Program-made: the position numbers and the translations under genes
Assembly: GCA_964469955.1 (NCBI GenBank)
Contig: CAYXZK010000005.1
Location: forward strand, 47,410 to 111,409
Direction: 5' to 3'
DNA: 64,000 nt
Origin: an uncultured Candidatus Saccharibacteria bacterium
Lineage (GTDB): Bacteria > Patescibacteriota > Minisyncoccia > Minisyncoccales > GWA2-38-27
Shown here: one piece after another, positions 42,795 to 51,108 of the stretch
Numbering within the stretch: position 1 is the stretch's first letter
Layout of the letters: every line of letters begins with the position of its first letter
Notes under the pieces: model-generated
What the model saw: only the letters and a program-made list of their open reading frames with translations
The model's database searches: none
What the model was told of the DNA's origin: nothing

Positions 42795-43124
42795 CTATAG
42801 TTCTAATTTTCTTTGTCTAAAAGTTTTAACAATCTCCTTGACCATAAATTTTCCTGTTTTCGTAAGCGAGAAAAAGGTCTGTGGATTACCGCTAATTAAT
42901 TTCCTTTTTCTTAAAGTTCTCAAAGGCCTATCAATCTTGCGAGAATCAGGCCATTGTGAAATACTTGCAAACCCAAAAATATCAGGACGGAGCGCGAAAC
43001 TTTCTTTCACTAAGTCCTGAAAAGAACATCTTCCTGTATTTTTAGATAGAGAATCTATACATAGAAGAATAAGCTCATTTGTTTTAATCTCCTTGTAAAA
43101 ATCTTGCTTTGTGTTCTTCTTCAT
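42795..43124 (-). CDS. Hypothetical basic protein (109 aa)
   Basis: ORF only. The basic C-terminal region RPLRTLRKRKLISGNP suggests nucleic-acid binding. Confidence 0.45.
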   Translation of the reverse strand: MKKNTKQDFYKEIKTNELILLCIDSLSKNTGRCSFQDLVKESFALRPDIFGFASISQWPDSRKIDRPLRTLRKRKLISGNPQTFFSLTKTGKFMVKEIVKTFRQRKLEL

Positions 43125-43131
43125 CGTTTTA

Positions 43132-43233
43132 TTAGAAAATATTAATAATTTTCGGTAAGAAATATTCAGCGAGATACCAAATCAAGAAAAGAACTAAAGA
43201 AAGAATAACAATAACATCTAATAATTTTACCAT
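43132..43233 (-). CDS. Candidate 33-aa single-TM micro-protein
   Basis: MVKLLDVIVILSLVLFLIWYLAEYFLPKIINIF. It lies 7 nt upstream of the 109-aa gene and downstream of the P-type ATPase. It is not in the ORF track because of size. Confidence 0.25.
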   Translation of the reverse strand: MVKLLDVIVILSLVLFLIWYLAEYFLPKIINIF

Positions 43234-43349
43234 AATACGCTATTTTTTCATTGTTTTCGTTGTTATTAATTTTAACATATTAAAGAAAATTAACACAACA
43301 TTCCTGAAAATTTAACCGAAGATAGGTTTTAACAATAAACAGACAAGGC

Positions 43350-46025
43350 TTATTTATTAATATTTTTGTCTTTAACGATAAAATACCATTTCGTAATTTC
43401 AATCAAGAACATTGAAATTAGCGCTAGTCCAATTAAAATCGCCCAGCTCCCTATACCTAAAGAAACTGTATGTAAAACGGCCTGTATTGGAGGAAAATAA
43501 ATTGCCGCAGCAAAACTAATAAAAACAATTAAGGACGAAAAAAGCAAAAATCTATTATTAAAAACATCAATCTGCCAAATATTTTTCTTTAAATCTTTGT
43601 AGCAATAAACGACAAACGCAGTGTCTACGCAAAGAGCTCCAAGCACCATTGTCCTGGCATAATCCAAACTTAATCCTAATTTTCCCCAGATAAGCCAAAA
43701 CATGAAGAAAATCAAGAATTCATCAATTAAGCCTGTTGCAAAAATTAAAACTTTCATTTCTTTTGTTAATAAAGAGCTTTTGTTAGAGTTAGGACCCCTT
43801 TTCATTATGTCTTTTTCGTTTGGTTCAAAAGCATAGGCAATACTCGGCAAAGCGTCTTCGACAATATTATTCCAAAGTATTTGAGTCCATAATATAGGAA
43901 TAGGCCATCCTAAAATTATACTTCCTCCAACCAAAATTACCGAAGTAAGAGAATCGGCTAAAATATAACTAATTGCTTTTCTGATATTGTCCAAGGTTGC
44001 TCTGCCTTGTTCAATGGCTTTTATAATGATATCAAAGCTGTTGTCTAACAAGACTAAATCAGCTGTTTGTTTGGCAACATCTGTTCCAGACCCTAAAGCC
44101 AATCCAATATCTGCTTTTCTCAACGCAGGAGTGTCGTTAACTCCATCGCCTGTCATGGCCACGACTTCTCCTATATCCTGCCAAGCCTGGACTACTCTCA
44201 TTTTATGTTTCGGTTCGGCTCTCGCGTAAATTTTTATTTCTACCACCCTGTTTCTTAACTCCTCTTCTGACATTTCATCTAATTCCCATCCTTCTAAAAT
44301 ATTTTTATCTTTTATTTTAATTCCAATCTCTTTAGCAACAAACAAAGCAGTCTGCTTATGGTCACCCGTAATTATTACAGATTTTAGTCCAGCTTGTCGC
44401 GCGGTCCTAAAAGCGTCTTTAACTCCTTCCCTTAAAGGATCTATTAAACTTACAAAGCTCACGAAAGTTATATCCTTGGAATAATCCTCAAGATTTTGCG
44501 TGGTCACGGCTTCTTTTTCTTTTATTTGCTTAAACCCAACAGCAATCACTCTTTTGCCTGTTTTGGTTATCTTGTTCAATTTTTTAAAAAGTTCGTCCCT
44601 TGTTTCTGCATTAATCTTTTTTCGCCCTTTATCCAATTTAACATATGAAGACATTGCTAAAATATTTTCAGGAGCGCCCGCAAAATACAAGAAAAATTTC
44701 TTATCTTTTCGCAATAAAACAGATTCGTATTTTAAAACCGAATTAAAAGAAACTCTTTTGATAATTGAAATTTCTTCATCTGACCTTGGCTTTAAAACTT
44801 CTGCTGTTTTGCCCGCTAAAAGCAAAGCTCTGTCTGTGGACCTGCCCCTAACCTTCCATTCTGCTGGATTATCGTTTGGGTTTTCAATAAAAGCTTCGTT
44901 GCATAAAGTTGAAATCTCTAATGATAAATAATAAAGAGAATTTTCAACCTTTGCTCCAATCTTAAAATCTTTATCAATTGTTACAATCTTATCAGCTTCC
45001 ATGTCTCCTTTAGTAAGAGTCCTCGTCTTGTCAGCGCAAATCACAGAAACAGATCCAAATGTTTCTACTGAAGAAAGTTTCCTAATAAGTCCTTTCTTCT
45101 TAGACAACTTTCCCATTCCGATCGCTAAAATTAACGTCATTACTATGGGCAAAGATTCTGGTATCCCTCCAACCGTAACAGCGGCAGCAATTTCAAACAT
45201 CTCTATTGCGTCTTGACCTTTAATTATTCCCAGAAAAAAAATAAACAGAACGGCTAAGCCTATAAAAACACTTACTGTTCTGGAAAAATGGACTATTTTT
45301 TTCTGTAATGGCGTTTTTTCTTCTTTTGTTTTTTTAACCAAAATGGCAATTTTGCCAGCTTCAGTCTCTTGTCCAACAGAAGTTATGACTGCTTTGCCTT
45401 GTCCTTGCCTTACCAAGCAACCCGCAAAAACCATATTTTTTCTATCCGCCAATCCAATTTTTCCTTTTAAAGTTCGCGTTTTTTTCAAAACAGGTAACCA
45501 TTCTCCCGTTAATGTAGCTTCTGAAATTTCAAGGTTTTCAGATTCAATCAATCTTCCATCGGCAGGAACCTTATTGCCTGAATTAAGCACGACAATATCA
45601 CCCGGAACTATCTGTTCTTGAAAAATTTCTTTTTTATTCCCATTCCTAATAACTATTGTTTTAGTTTTTAAAAGTTTTTTAAGGGTTTCAAAAGTTTTTG
45701 AAGCTTTATTTTCTTCCCAAAATCCAAAAACAACGTTTATCATTATGGCTATAAAAATAAAACAGCTTTCAAGAAGGTTTTGGGGATATTCCTCTAAAAT
45801 TAGAATAATTATTCCCACTATAATTAAAATATAGATAAAAGGATTTCTAAATTGCGCTAAGAAAATACTCACAGCTGTTTGCGGTCCTTTTTGGGGAAGT
45901 CTGTTTTCTCCAAATCTCACTAATCTCTCTTGAGCTTCTTGGTCGCTGAGTCCGTTATCGACATCAGAAGCAAGATTTTCTACTGCTTGTTGCGCGGAAA
46001 TATTATGCCAAAAAATTTCTCTCAT
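43350..46025 (-). CDS. P-type cation-transporting ATPase (P2/Ca2+-Mg2+-type E1-E2 ATPase)
   Basis: 891 aa with TGES-type actuator, phosphorylation site ICADKTRTLT (R instead of the canonical G), the hinge TGDGVNDTPALRKADIGLALG, and 10 TM helices. Confidence 0.9.
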   Translation of the reverse strand: MREIFWHNISAQQAVENLASDVDNGLSDQEAQERLVRFGENRLPQKGPQTAVSIFLAQFRNPFIYILIIVGIIILILEEYPQNLLESCFIFIAIMINVVFGFWEENKASKTFETLKKLLKTKTIVIRNGNKKEIFQEQIVPGDIVVLNSGNKVPADGRLIESENLEISEATLTGEWLPVLKKTRTLKGKIGLADRKNMVFAGCLVRQGQGKAVITSVGQETEAGKIAILVKKTKEEKTPLQKKIVHFSRTVSVFIGLAVLFIFFLGIIKGQDAIEMFEIAAAVTVGGIPESLPIVMTLILAIGMGKLSKKKGLIRKLSSVETFGSVSVICADKTRTLTKGDMEADKIVTIDKDFKIGAKVENSLYYLSLEISTLCNEAFIENPNDNPAEWKVRGRSTDRALLLAGKTAEVLKPRSDEEISIIKRVSFNSVLKYESVLLRKDKKFFLYFAGAPENILAMSSYVKLDKGRKKINAETRDELFKKLNKITKTGKRVIAVGFKQIKEKEAVTTQNLEDYSKDITFVSFVSLIDPLREGVKDAFRTARQAGLKSVIITGDHKQTALFVAKEIGIKIKDKNILEGWELDEMSEEELRNRVVEIKIYARAEPKHKMRVVQAWQDIGEVVAMTGDGVNDTPALRKADIGLALGSGTDVAKQTADLVLLDNSFDIIIKAIEQGRATLDNIRKAISYILADSLTSVILVGGSIILGWPIPILWTQILWNNIVEDALPSIAYAFEPNEKDIMKRGPNSNKSSLLTKEMKVLIFATGLIDEFLIFFMFWLIWGKLGLSLDYARTMVLGALCVDTAFVVYCYKDLKKNIWQIDVFNNRFLLFSSLIVFISFAAAIYFPPIQAVLHTVSLGIGSWAILIGLALISMFLIEITKWYFIVKDKNINK

Positions 46026-46054
46026 ATATTATATTTTGTGTTACTCCCTGTTCT

Positions 46055-47197
46055 TTAATTAAATAAAAAATAAATTATTTCGAAAATAATGCCTAAGGTA
46101 AAAATTCCGATCAATGTATAAAAAAAAGGATGCATTTTTTTAGAAAATTTTTTCTTTAAAAAAGCGCGGTATAAAAAGACGATTAAAATCCCTCCAATTC
46201 CCAGAGAAACAGTTCCTGTAAAGCTTATCACGCTGATAAGCTCCCTAAAACCTAAAAGAAAAAGAATCAATGCCGGAAAGCAAGCCAATCCCCAACTAAC
46301 ATTCTTGGGAAAATTGAAGTCATACCAAAATATCTTCTTTAAAGTCAGACCCAACGCAATAAAAGAGGTAAAGCATGATAGAATTCCGAAAATAAAGCCG
46401 AGCTTTATAAAATCTCCGTTGATTGCTTTATCCAAGCCCGAGATTGACTCTACGGAAGTATCTGGTCCACAAACTCCAAATATAATAAAAATAAAAAAAA
46501 TATAGACAAGGGCAGATATAATAATGCCCCCAAATATCACTTGCCTTAGTTTTGATCTAATCTGCTTTTTGTTTAAATTATTCCCAGCTTTTGCTATCAT
46601 CTCTTTTACTTCAGGAATTATAGAAACTCCCCAAAGAGAAAAGAGAACAACGCCATAAGGTAAGGTTAGGAATCTTATATTAAAATTTTTAAAATGAGCA
46701 ATTTCTATAAAATTAAAACTTTTTATAAAAAAAATAACAAGAACTATGAAAAAAATTCCGAGCAAAGACAATTCAATGCCTGAAATTGTCTTAATTCCTC
46801 GGAAAACTAAATAAGACCCAACGCTAAAAAATAAAATTGAATATAAAACCGAAGTTCCTCCTAAGTAGGAACTAAAGATAGAATTTAAAAATTGTCCACC
46901 GATAATCAAATAGACAATTAAAGTTCCAGTTAACCCAACCCCTATTACGAAAAGAGCGATCTTCTTCCATCTTTTTCCAAAATATTCTCCAACATACCCA
47001 GGTAAACGATGTTTTTCCCTGCTGTTCAAGACTATCTCCGCGTAAATTAAACTAATCGAAATGGCTACAAAAGCCATAAGGATAAAATATATAATTACAA
47101 TAAAAAAACCTGATTTAAAAGCAACGTAGGGCAAAGCAAACATCCCTGCCCCTATAACTGTGCCAAGAAAAACAGAAAGAGTTTTTAAAAAAACCAT
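46055..47197 (-). CDS. Amino acid permease-like transporter (AAAP/Trp-Tyr permease-like)
   Basis: 380 aa and polytopic, with an N-terminal GAGMFALP motif. Confidence 0.55.
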   Translation of the reverse strand: MVFLKTLSVFLGTVIGAGMFALPYVAFKSGFFIVIIYFILMAFVAISISLIYAEIVLNSREKHRLPGYVGEYFGKRWKKIALFVIGVGLTGTLIVYLIIGGQFLNSIFSSYLGGTSVLYSILFFSVGSYLVFRGIKTISGIELSLLGIFFIVLVIFFIKSFNFIEIAHFKNFNIRFLTLPYGVVLFSLWGVSIIPEVKEMIAKAGNNLNKKQIRSKLRQVIFGGIIISALVYIFFIFIIFGVCGPDTSVESISGLDKAINGDFIKLGFIFGILSCFTSFIALGLTLKKIFWYDFNFPKNVSWGLACFPALILFLLGFRELISVISFTGTVSLGIGGILIVFLYRAFLKKKFSKKMHPFFYTLIGIFTLGIIFEIIYFLFN

Positions 47198-47272
47198 TGT
47201 TCTTTTTTATAAAACCAAATTATAAAATAAAAATAGATGTAAAAATTATTTAATAGATATAAAAACGGAAAT

Positions 47273-47554
47273 TTATATCTTGTACACCTTGTATCCCTCT
47301 CTAACTTTTTCTTTAATTTTCATTCCAATTTCGTCGCCTTTTTTGGCTTTTTTAATCTTTTTGTGCTCAACTTCCATTGATTTAACTTTTTGCTTGAAAT
47401 CAGTCTTCTCTCCCCCAATAACCCTAATAGAGTCTTCTATTGATAAAGGCGCAGACAACTTAATCACAGCTACTTCAACTTTTGCGAAATAATGCACAAT
47501 TTCTCCAATTAATTTTTCTTTTTTTGAAGATATATGAGAAATCTCTTTTGGCAT
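47273..47554 (-). CDS. Hypothetical K-rich small protein (EF-Tu domain-2-like beta-barrel?)
   Basis: 93 aa with an alternating hydrophobic pattern IGEIVHYFAKVEVAVIKLSAPLSIEDSIRVIG. Confidence 0.4.
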   Translation of the reverse strand: MPKEISHISSKKEKLIGEIVHYFAKVEVAVIKLSAPLSIEDSIRVIGGEKTDFKQKVKSMEVEHKKIKKAKKGDEIGMKIKEKVREGYKVYKI

Positions 47555-47625
47555 ATTTAAAAATATTATAATCTTATTTTTTAAAATAATGTCTTTAAAT
47601 TACGACCTTTATTCTATTATAGCAT

Positions 47626-47795
47626 AACTAAAAAACCCTGCATTAACAGGATTCTTTAGTGAGGGGGATAGGGGCTTAACAAACTTGGTCTCTTCTTCAA
47701 AGCTAAACTGGACATAGCTAGGGATATCCTAAAACCTCCTTCATTAAATCCCTTAGTCCTTTGGGAATATTTTTATCCCTCACCCCCTCATTTTC
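47626..47795 (-). ncRNA. Candidate structured small RNA or cis-acting leader (about 165 nt) with own promoter, closing stem and terminator
   Basis: The minus-strand 5' segment UGAGGGGGUGAGGGAUA pairs with the 3' segment GCCCCUAUCCCCCUCA (8 bp, a 2x2 internal loop, then 4 bp). A terminator hairpin AAUCCUG-UUAAUG-CAGGGUU plus U6 sits at 47626-47653. There is no plausible ORF. Confidence 0.3.
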
Positions 47796-47798
47796 TAT

Positions 47799-47824
47799 AT
47801 TATATAACCTAAACCATTTGTCAA
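47799..47824 (-). promoter_or_regulatory. Putative promoter for the candidate RNA (TTGACA-N14-TATAAT on minus strand)
   Basis: Perfect hexamers, but the 14-nt spacer is short. Confidence 0.3.
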
Positions 47825-47867
47825 TATCCTACGTTGGCAGGGTTATGGGAAAAAGCGCGGAAAAAGC

Positions 47868-47903
47868 GTGAAAAAATCTGTGGAATCTAAACTTCCACAG
47901 ATT
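47868..47903 (-). terminator. Rho-independent terminator after tRNA-Arg(CCT)
   Basis: Perfect 11-bp stem AATCTGTGGAA / TTCCACAGATT with a 7-nt loop, followed on the minus strand by U6. Confidence 0.65.
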
Positions 47904-47955
47904 TGATTAGTAATTAGTGGCCAGTGACCAGTAATCAATGATTAGTAATATATAA

Positions 47956-48027
47956 TGCCCTCGGCAGGAATCGAACCTACATCAAAGGTTTAGGAAACCT
48001 CTATTCTATCCATTGAACTACGAGGGC
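47956..48027 (-). tRNA. tRNA-Arg (anticodon CCT)
   Basis: Manual fold gives acceptor GCCCTCG/CGAGGGC, anticodon loop TTCCTAA, and T-arm GTAGG-TTCGATT-CCTGC. CCA is not encoded. Confidence 0.85.
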
Positions 48028-48151
48028 GGGAAAATACTATCGTTTGGATTTAACGCTTATGTTTATTGTTTATGTTTAAAATAGCAAGTTTTACACTTGT
48101 TGGCAATGTTTTTTATGGTAGAATACAAACAATAATTTATACTATACTATT

Positions 48152-49180
48152 ATGAAAGATGATTCTCCAATCATTAAAATTGCCAAAACAGCTTGTCCCG
48201 CTGTAATAACTATTATTATCACAAGAGATCTTCCAAAAGTAGATGGTTTTTATTTAATGCCTATTGGGGGCAGAGGCGTCATTCTCCCAAAATTCAAAAA
48301 AGGCAAAAAAGAATCAACTAAAATAGGGGGAGGTTCTGGTTTTATAGTGTCTCCTGATGGCTATGTTATAACTTCAAACCACGTTGTTTCTGACCATGAA
48401 GCCGATTATAGCGTAATTCTAAGTCCAAAGAAAAAATATCAAGCCAAAGTCTTAGCGCGCGATCCTATTAACGATATCGCGATTTTAAAAATAAAAGACA
48501 AAAAACTTCCTTATATAGGCTTAGGCGATTCAAATAAAATTGAGTTAGGCCAAGGAGTGGTTGCTATTGGAAACGCTTTAGGGGAATTCAATGACACATT
48601 AAGCTCTGGAATTGTCTCTGGGTTGTCGCGTTATATCCACGCAACAAATCATTTTGACAGCCATACGGAAAGATTAAGAGGACTTATTCAAACTGACGCC
48701 GCCATTAATCCGGGTAATTCCGGAGGACCATTGGTAGATATGGAAGGAAAAGTGATCGGAGTTAATACCGCCATGGTGATCGGAGCTCAAAATATCGGTT
48801 TTGCTATCCCGATTAATTACGCTAAAAAAGATTTAGACGAAGTTAAAAAATACGGAAAGATAAAGCATCCTTTTTTGGGAATAAAATACATTACATTGAC
48901 AGAAGAAATATCTCAAAAGAACAAGTTGCCTGTAAGCTATGGGGCATTAGTGGTAAGAGAGAGTTTAGGGGAGTCCCCCGTCATAAAAGGATCTGGCGCA
49001 GACAAAGCCGGCCTAAAAGAATTTGATATTATATTGGAAGCAAAAGGCAAAAAAATTAATTCTGAAAAACCATTATCAGATATTCTTCAAGAATCTAAAA
49101 TTGGAGAAATAATTGAATTAAATGTTTTAAGAAAAAACAAAAGAATAATTTTAAAAGCAAAACTTGAAGAAAAAAAATAA
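48152..49180 (+). CDS. htrA: Trypsin-like serine protease HtrA/DegP family with C-terminal PDZ domain
   Basis: Catalytic His (SNHVV), the Asp, and a GNSGGPLV serine motif, followed by a PDZ-like C-terminus. Confidence 0.85.
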   Translation: MKDDSPIIKIAKTACPAVITIIITRDLPKVDGFYLMPIGGRGVILPKFKKGKKESTKIGGGSGFIVSPDGYVITSNHVVSDHEADYSVILSPKKKYQAKVLARDPINDIAILKIKDKKLPYIGLGDSNKIELGQGVVAIGNALGEFNDTLSSGIVSGLSRYIHATNHFDSHTERLRGLIQTDAAINPGNSGGPLVDMEGKVIGVNTAMVIGAQNIGFAIPINYAKKDLDEVKKYGKIKHPFLGIKYITLTEEISQKNKLPVSYGALVVRESLGESPVIKGSGADKAGLKEFDIILEAKGKKINSEKPLSDILQESKIGEIIELNVLRKNKRIILKAKLEEKK

Positions 49181-49192
49181 ATTTAATTAAAA

Positions 49193-49226
49193 ACAGTCCC
49201 GCAGAATTACGGGGCTGTTTTATTTT
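49193..49226 (+). terminator. Rho-independent terminator after htrA
   Basis: ACAGTCCCG (loop) CGGGGCTGT followed by TTTTATTTT. Confidence 0.6.
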
Positions 49227-49241
49227 ACTTTTTTTAGAGAA

Positions 49242-49318
49242 TGGGGCGATCGACCGGGCATGATCCGGCAACCTCTTCGGCCACAGCGAAGCGCTCTACC
49301 AATTGAGCTACGACCGCC
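49242..49318 (-). tRNA. tRNA-His (anticodon GTG) with encoded G-1 and CCA, atypical T-loop
   Basis: GGCGGTCG TA GCTC AATTGGTA GAGC G CTTCG CTGTGGC CGAAG AGGTT GCCGG ATCATGC CCGGT CGATCGC C CCA. It has a canonical D arm and the extra 5' G typical of tRNA-His. The T-loop ATCATGC deviates from TTCRAAT. Confidence 0.7.
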
Positions 49319-49535
49319 ATATTATACTCTATGGCTTAGATATATTTCTTTCTAAAACCAAAACTCTTTTTTTTCAAAAATCGTTTTTTGATTTTTTTTC
49401 GTTTGTTTTTATGGATTCAAAATAGTGGGCTTTAGCAATATCTAACTGATTTAAGAATAACAAAAGAGAAAACTGGTGTCAAACAAAAAAAATCAGCCGA
49501 TTAAGCAGAAAATTGAAGATAGTCAAATTATTTAC

Positions 49536-49610
49536 TGGTGCCCCCGAGAGGAGTCGAACCCCTATCTAGAACTTAGAAGGTTCCTATTCTGTCCGTTGAA
49601 CTACAGGGGC
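49536..49610 (-). tRNA. tRNA-Arg (anticodon TCT), CCA encoded
   Basis: Acceptor GCCCCTG/CGGGGGC, anticodon loop CTTCTAA, T-arm AGGGG-TTCGACT-CCTCT. The + strand ORF 49476-49838 is its translation artefact (ESNP signature). Confidence 0.85.
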
Positions 49611-49636
49611 AATAATGTTGTTATAGCTGAAATAAA

Positions 49637-49963
49637 TTATTCGGTCAATTCTTCATGCGCCACAGGAACGGTCGCTTCTTCAAAAGGATTAAGGTATTCG
49701 TTCAAATCTGATTGTATAAATTTCTTTTCGCGCGCCTGCCATTCTTCTAAAATTCTTTGGCGCGATTCTTCTTTCAATAAGAAAAACTCTTCTGAAATGT
49801 TTAAGGTTATCTTTTGGGGGGTAATAACATATTCATAAAACACGAAAGCGCCTATAAGTAAACTTAAGAACAAAAGCAATAAACAAACATAAAAAATATT
49901 CTTTGTTATTATTGTTAAAAAAATTTTTATAAGATTTCTAATTTTGTCTGATTTCATATTCAA
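49637..49963 (-). CDS. Small single-TM protein at the distal end of the pilus operon, hypothetical
   Basis: 108 aa with an N-terminal TM helix and an acidic C-terminus. It immediately follows the pilO-like gene. Confidence 0.4.
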   Translation of the reverse strand: MNMKSDKIRNLIKIFLTIITKNIFYVCLLLLFLSLLIGAFVFYEYVITPQKITLNISEEFFLLKEESRQRILEEWQAREKKFIQSDLNEYLNPFEEATVPVAHEELTE

Positions 49964-49972
49964 AAAAATATA

Positions 49973-50518
49973 TTATTCTGTAAAAACTTTTACCGCTAAA
50001 TCAGCTTGAATACTGTTTGCGGGCATCTCCGCGTAACCAAAATTTTTACTTGTCAGCTTTTTTATCTTTAAATTTTGAACCTCGATTAAATAGGGAGCTG
50101 CTTCCGTTTTTTTAAGAAATTTTGAGAAATCTGAAAAAGAACCCGTTAAAACAACCTTGAATCCTATAAAATTCCAAACATCTGTTTTGTATTCTCTAGG
50201 CACGAAAGGAGAAAATTCAATTAAAAGATTGTTATTCATAGCTACGCCTTCCCAGAATTCAATTAAGCCAACAGGCACCTCTGGATCAATAAAAAGATCG
50301 TCTATCTTTTTAAGATCTAATTTCAACTTTTCGTAGTTTTTGCTATAATCTTGAGATTTTTCAACTTGTTCGCACAATAAAATTGTTTTCTCTCTGGTAT
50401 TAATAATTTTTTTAGAATTTTCTTGGATATCTTTAAATAAAGGAAATATTATAAAAACGATTAGAAACAAGGCTATTATCCCAGAAATAATCACAGTTGT
50501 AACAATGTTTTTTTTCAT
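49973..50518 (-). CDS. pilO: Type IV pilus assembly protein PilO-like
   Basis: 181 aa with an N-terminal TM helix and a coiled-coil/periplasmic domain. It overlaps pilN by 4 nt. Confidence 0.5.
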   Translation of the reverse strand: MKKNIVTTVIISGIIALFLIVFIIFPLFKDIQENSKKIINTREKTILLCEQVEKSQDYSKNYEKLKLDLKKIDDLFIDPEVPVGLIEFWEGVAMNNNLLIEFSPFVPREYKTDVWNFIGFKVVLTGSFSDFSKFLKKTEAAPYLIEVQNLKIKKLTSKNFGYAEMPANSIQADLAVKVFTE

Positions 50519-51105
50519 CGTTTTACTTTAAAGGTTAGAGAAAATTTAATATCATCTCGGCTGACTAGATTTTTTAAAGGAAAATAAATCTCTTCAAAAC
50601 TTTCTTCTTTTTCGAGCTCCTGCTTAAACCAAATAAGAATTTCTCGATTCAAAGCAATCCCTGTAAGAGAAAATTTAATTCCATATGCTTCTATTGTTTT
50701 TTGAAGCTCTTTTTGGGTTGGGTCTATAACTAATTCAGAATAATGTTCCGCCGAAAAATCAGTTAAATATATTTCTGGCGGTAAGGTCTGAGAAATTTTT
50801 TCCAAAATTTCAGAAATATAAATTTGTCTGCCGTAAAAAGAATTAATTTCTTCAAGTTCTAAATTAGCCCTTTTAATTTCTTCTTTAAAATTTCTAAATT
50901 CAGATTTATCAAGTTCTTTCTCTTTTTCCGTCACAACAAATTCTTGCGACTCAAGGATAATTTGAGAATATATCTTTATTGAATAAAAGACTAAAATCAA
51001 ACAAAAAATAAAATAAAAAAACAAAACCAAAAGAATTAGATTCAATTTTATCTTTTTTTTAAATAAAAGTTTTTCTTTTTTGTCTGAAGGGAGTAAATTA
51101 ATCAT
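50515..51105 (-). CDS. pilN: Type IV pilus assembly protein PilN
   Basis: Begins MINLLP..., which is characteristic of PilN. Single TM helix. Confidence 0.65.
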   Translation of the reverse strand: MINLLPSDKKEKLLFKKKIKLNLILLVLFFYFIFCLILVFYSIKIYSQIILESQEFVVTEKEKELDKSEFRNFKEEIKRANLELEEINSFYGRQIYISEILEKISQTLPPEIYLTDFSAEHYSELVIDPTQKELQKTIEAYGIKFSLTGIALNREILIWFKQELEKEESFEEIYFPLKNLVSRDDIKFSLTFKVKR

Positions 51106-51108
51106 AAA

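Noticed and set aside
47555-47955. tmRNA, RNase P RNA or SRP RNA in the 400-nt non-coding region
   Set aside because: There is no tRNA-like T-arm or ACCA end (tmRNA). There is no GGAAAGTCCGG-type P4 motif (RNase P). There is no GGAAGCAGCC domain-IV motif (SRP). The region is reported instead as an unclassified candidate RNA.
49476-49838. 120-aa + strand ORF
   Set aside because: It overlaps tRNA-Arg(TCT) on the opposite strand. Its translation contains the ESNP signature produced by reading through a T-arm, which marks an ORF-finder artefact.
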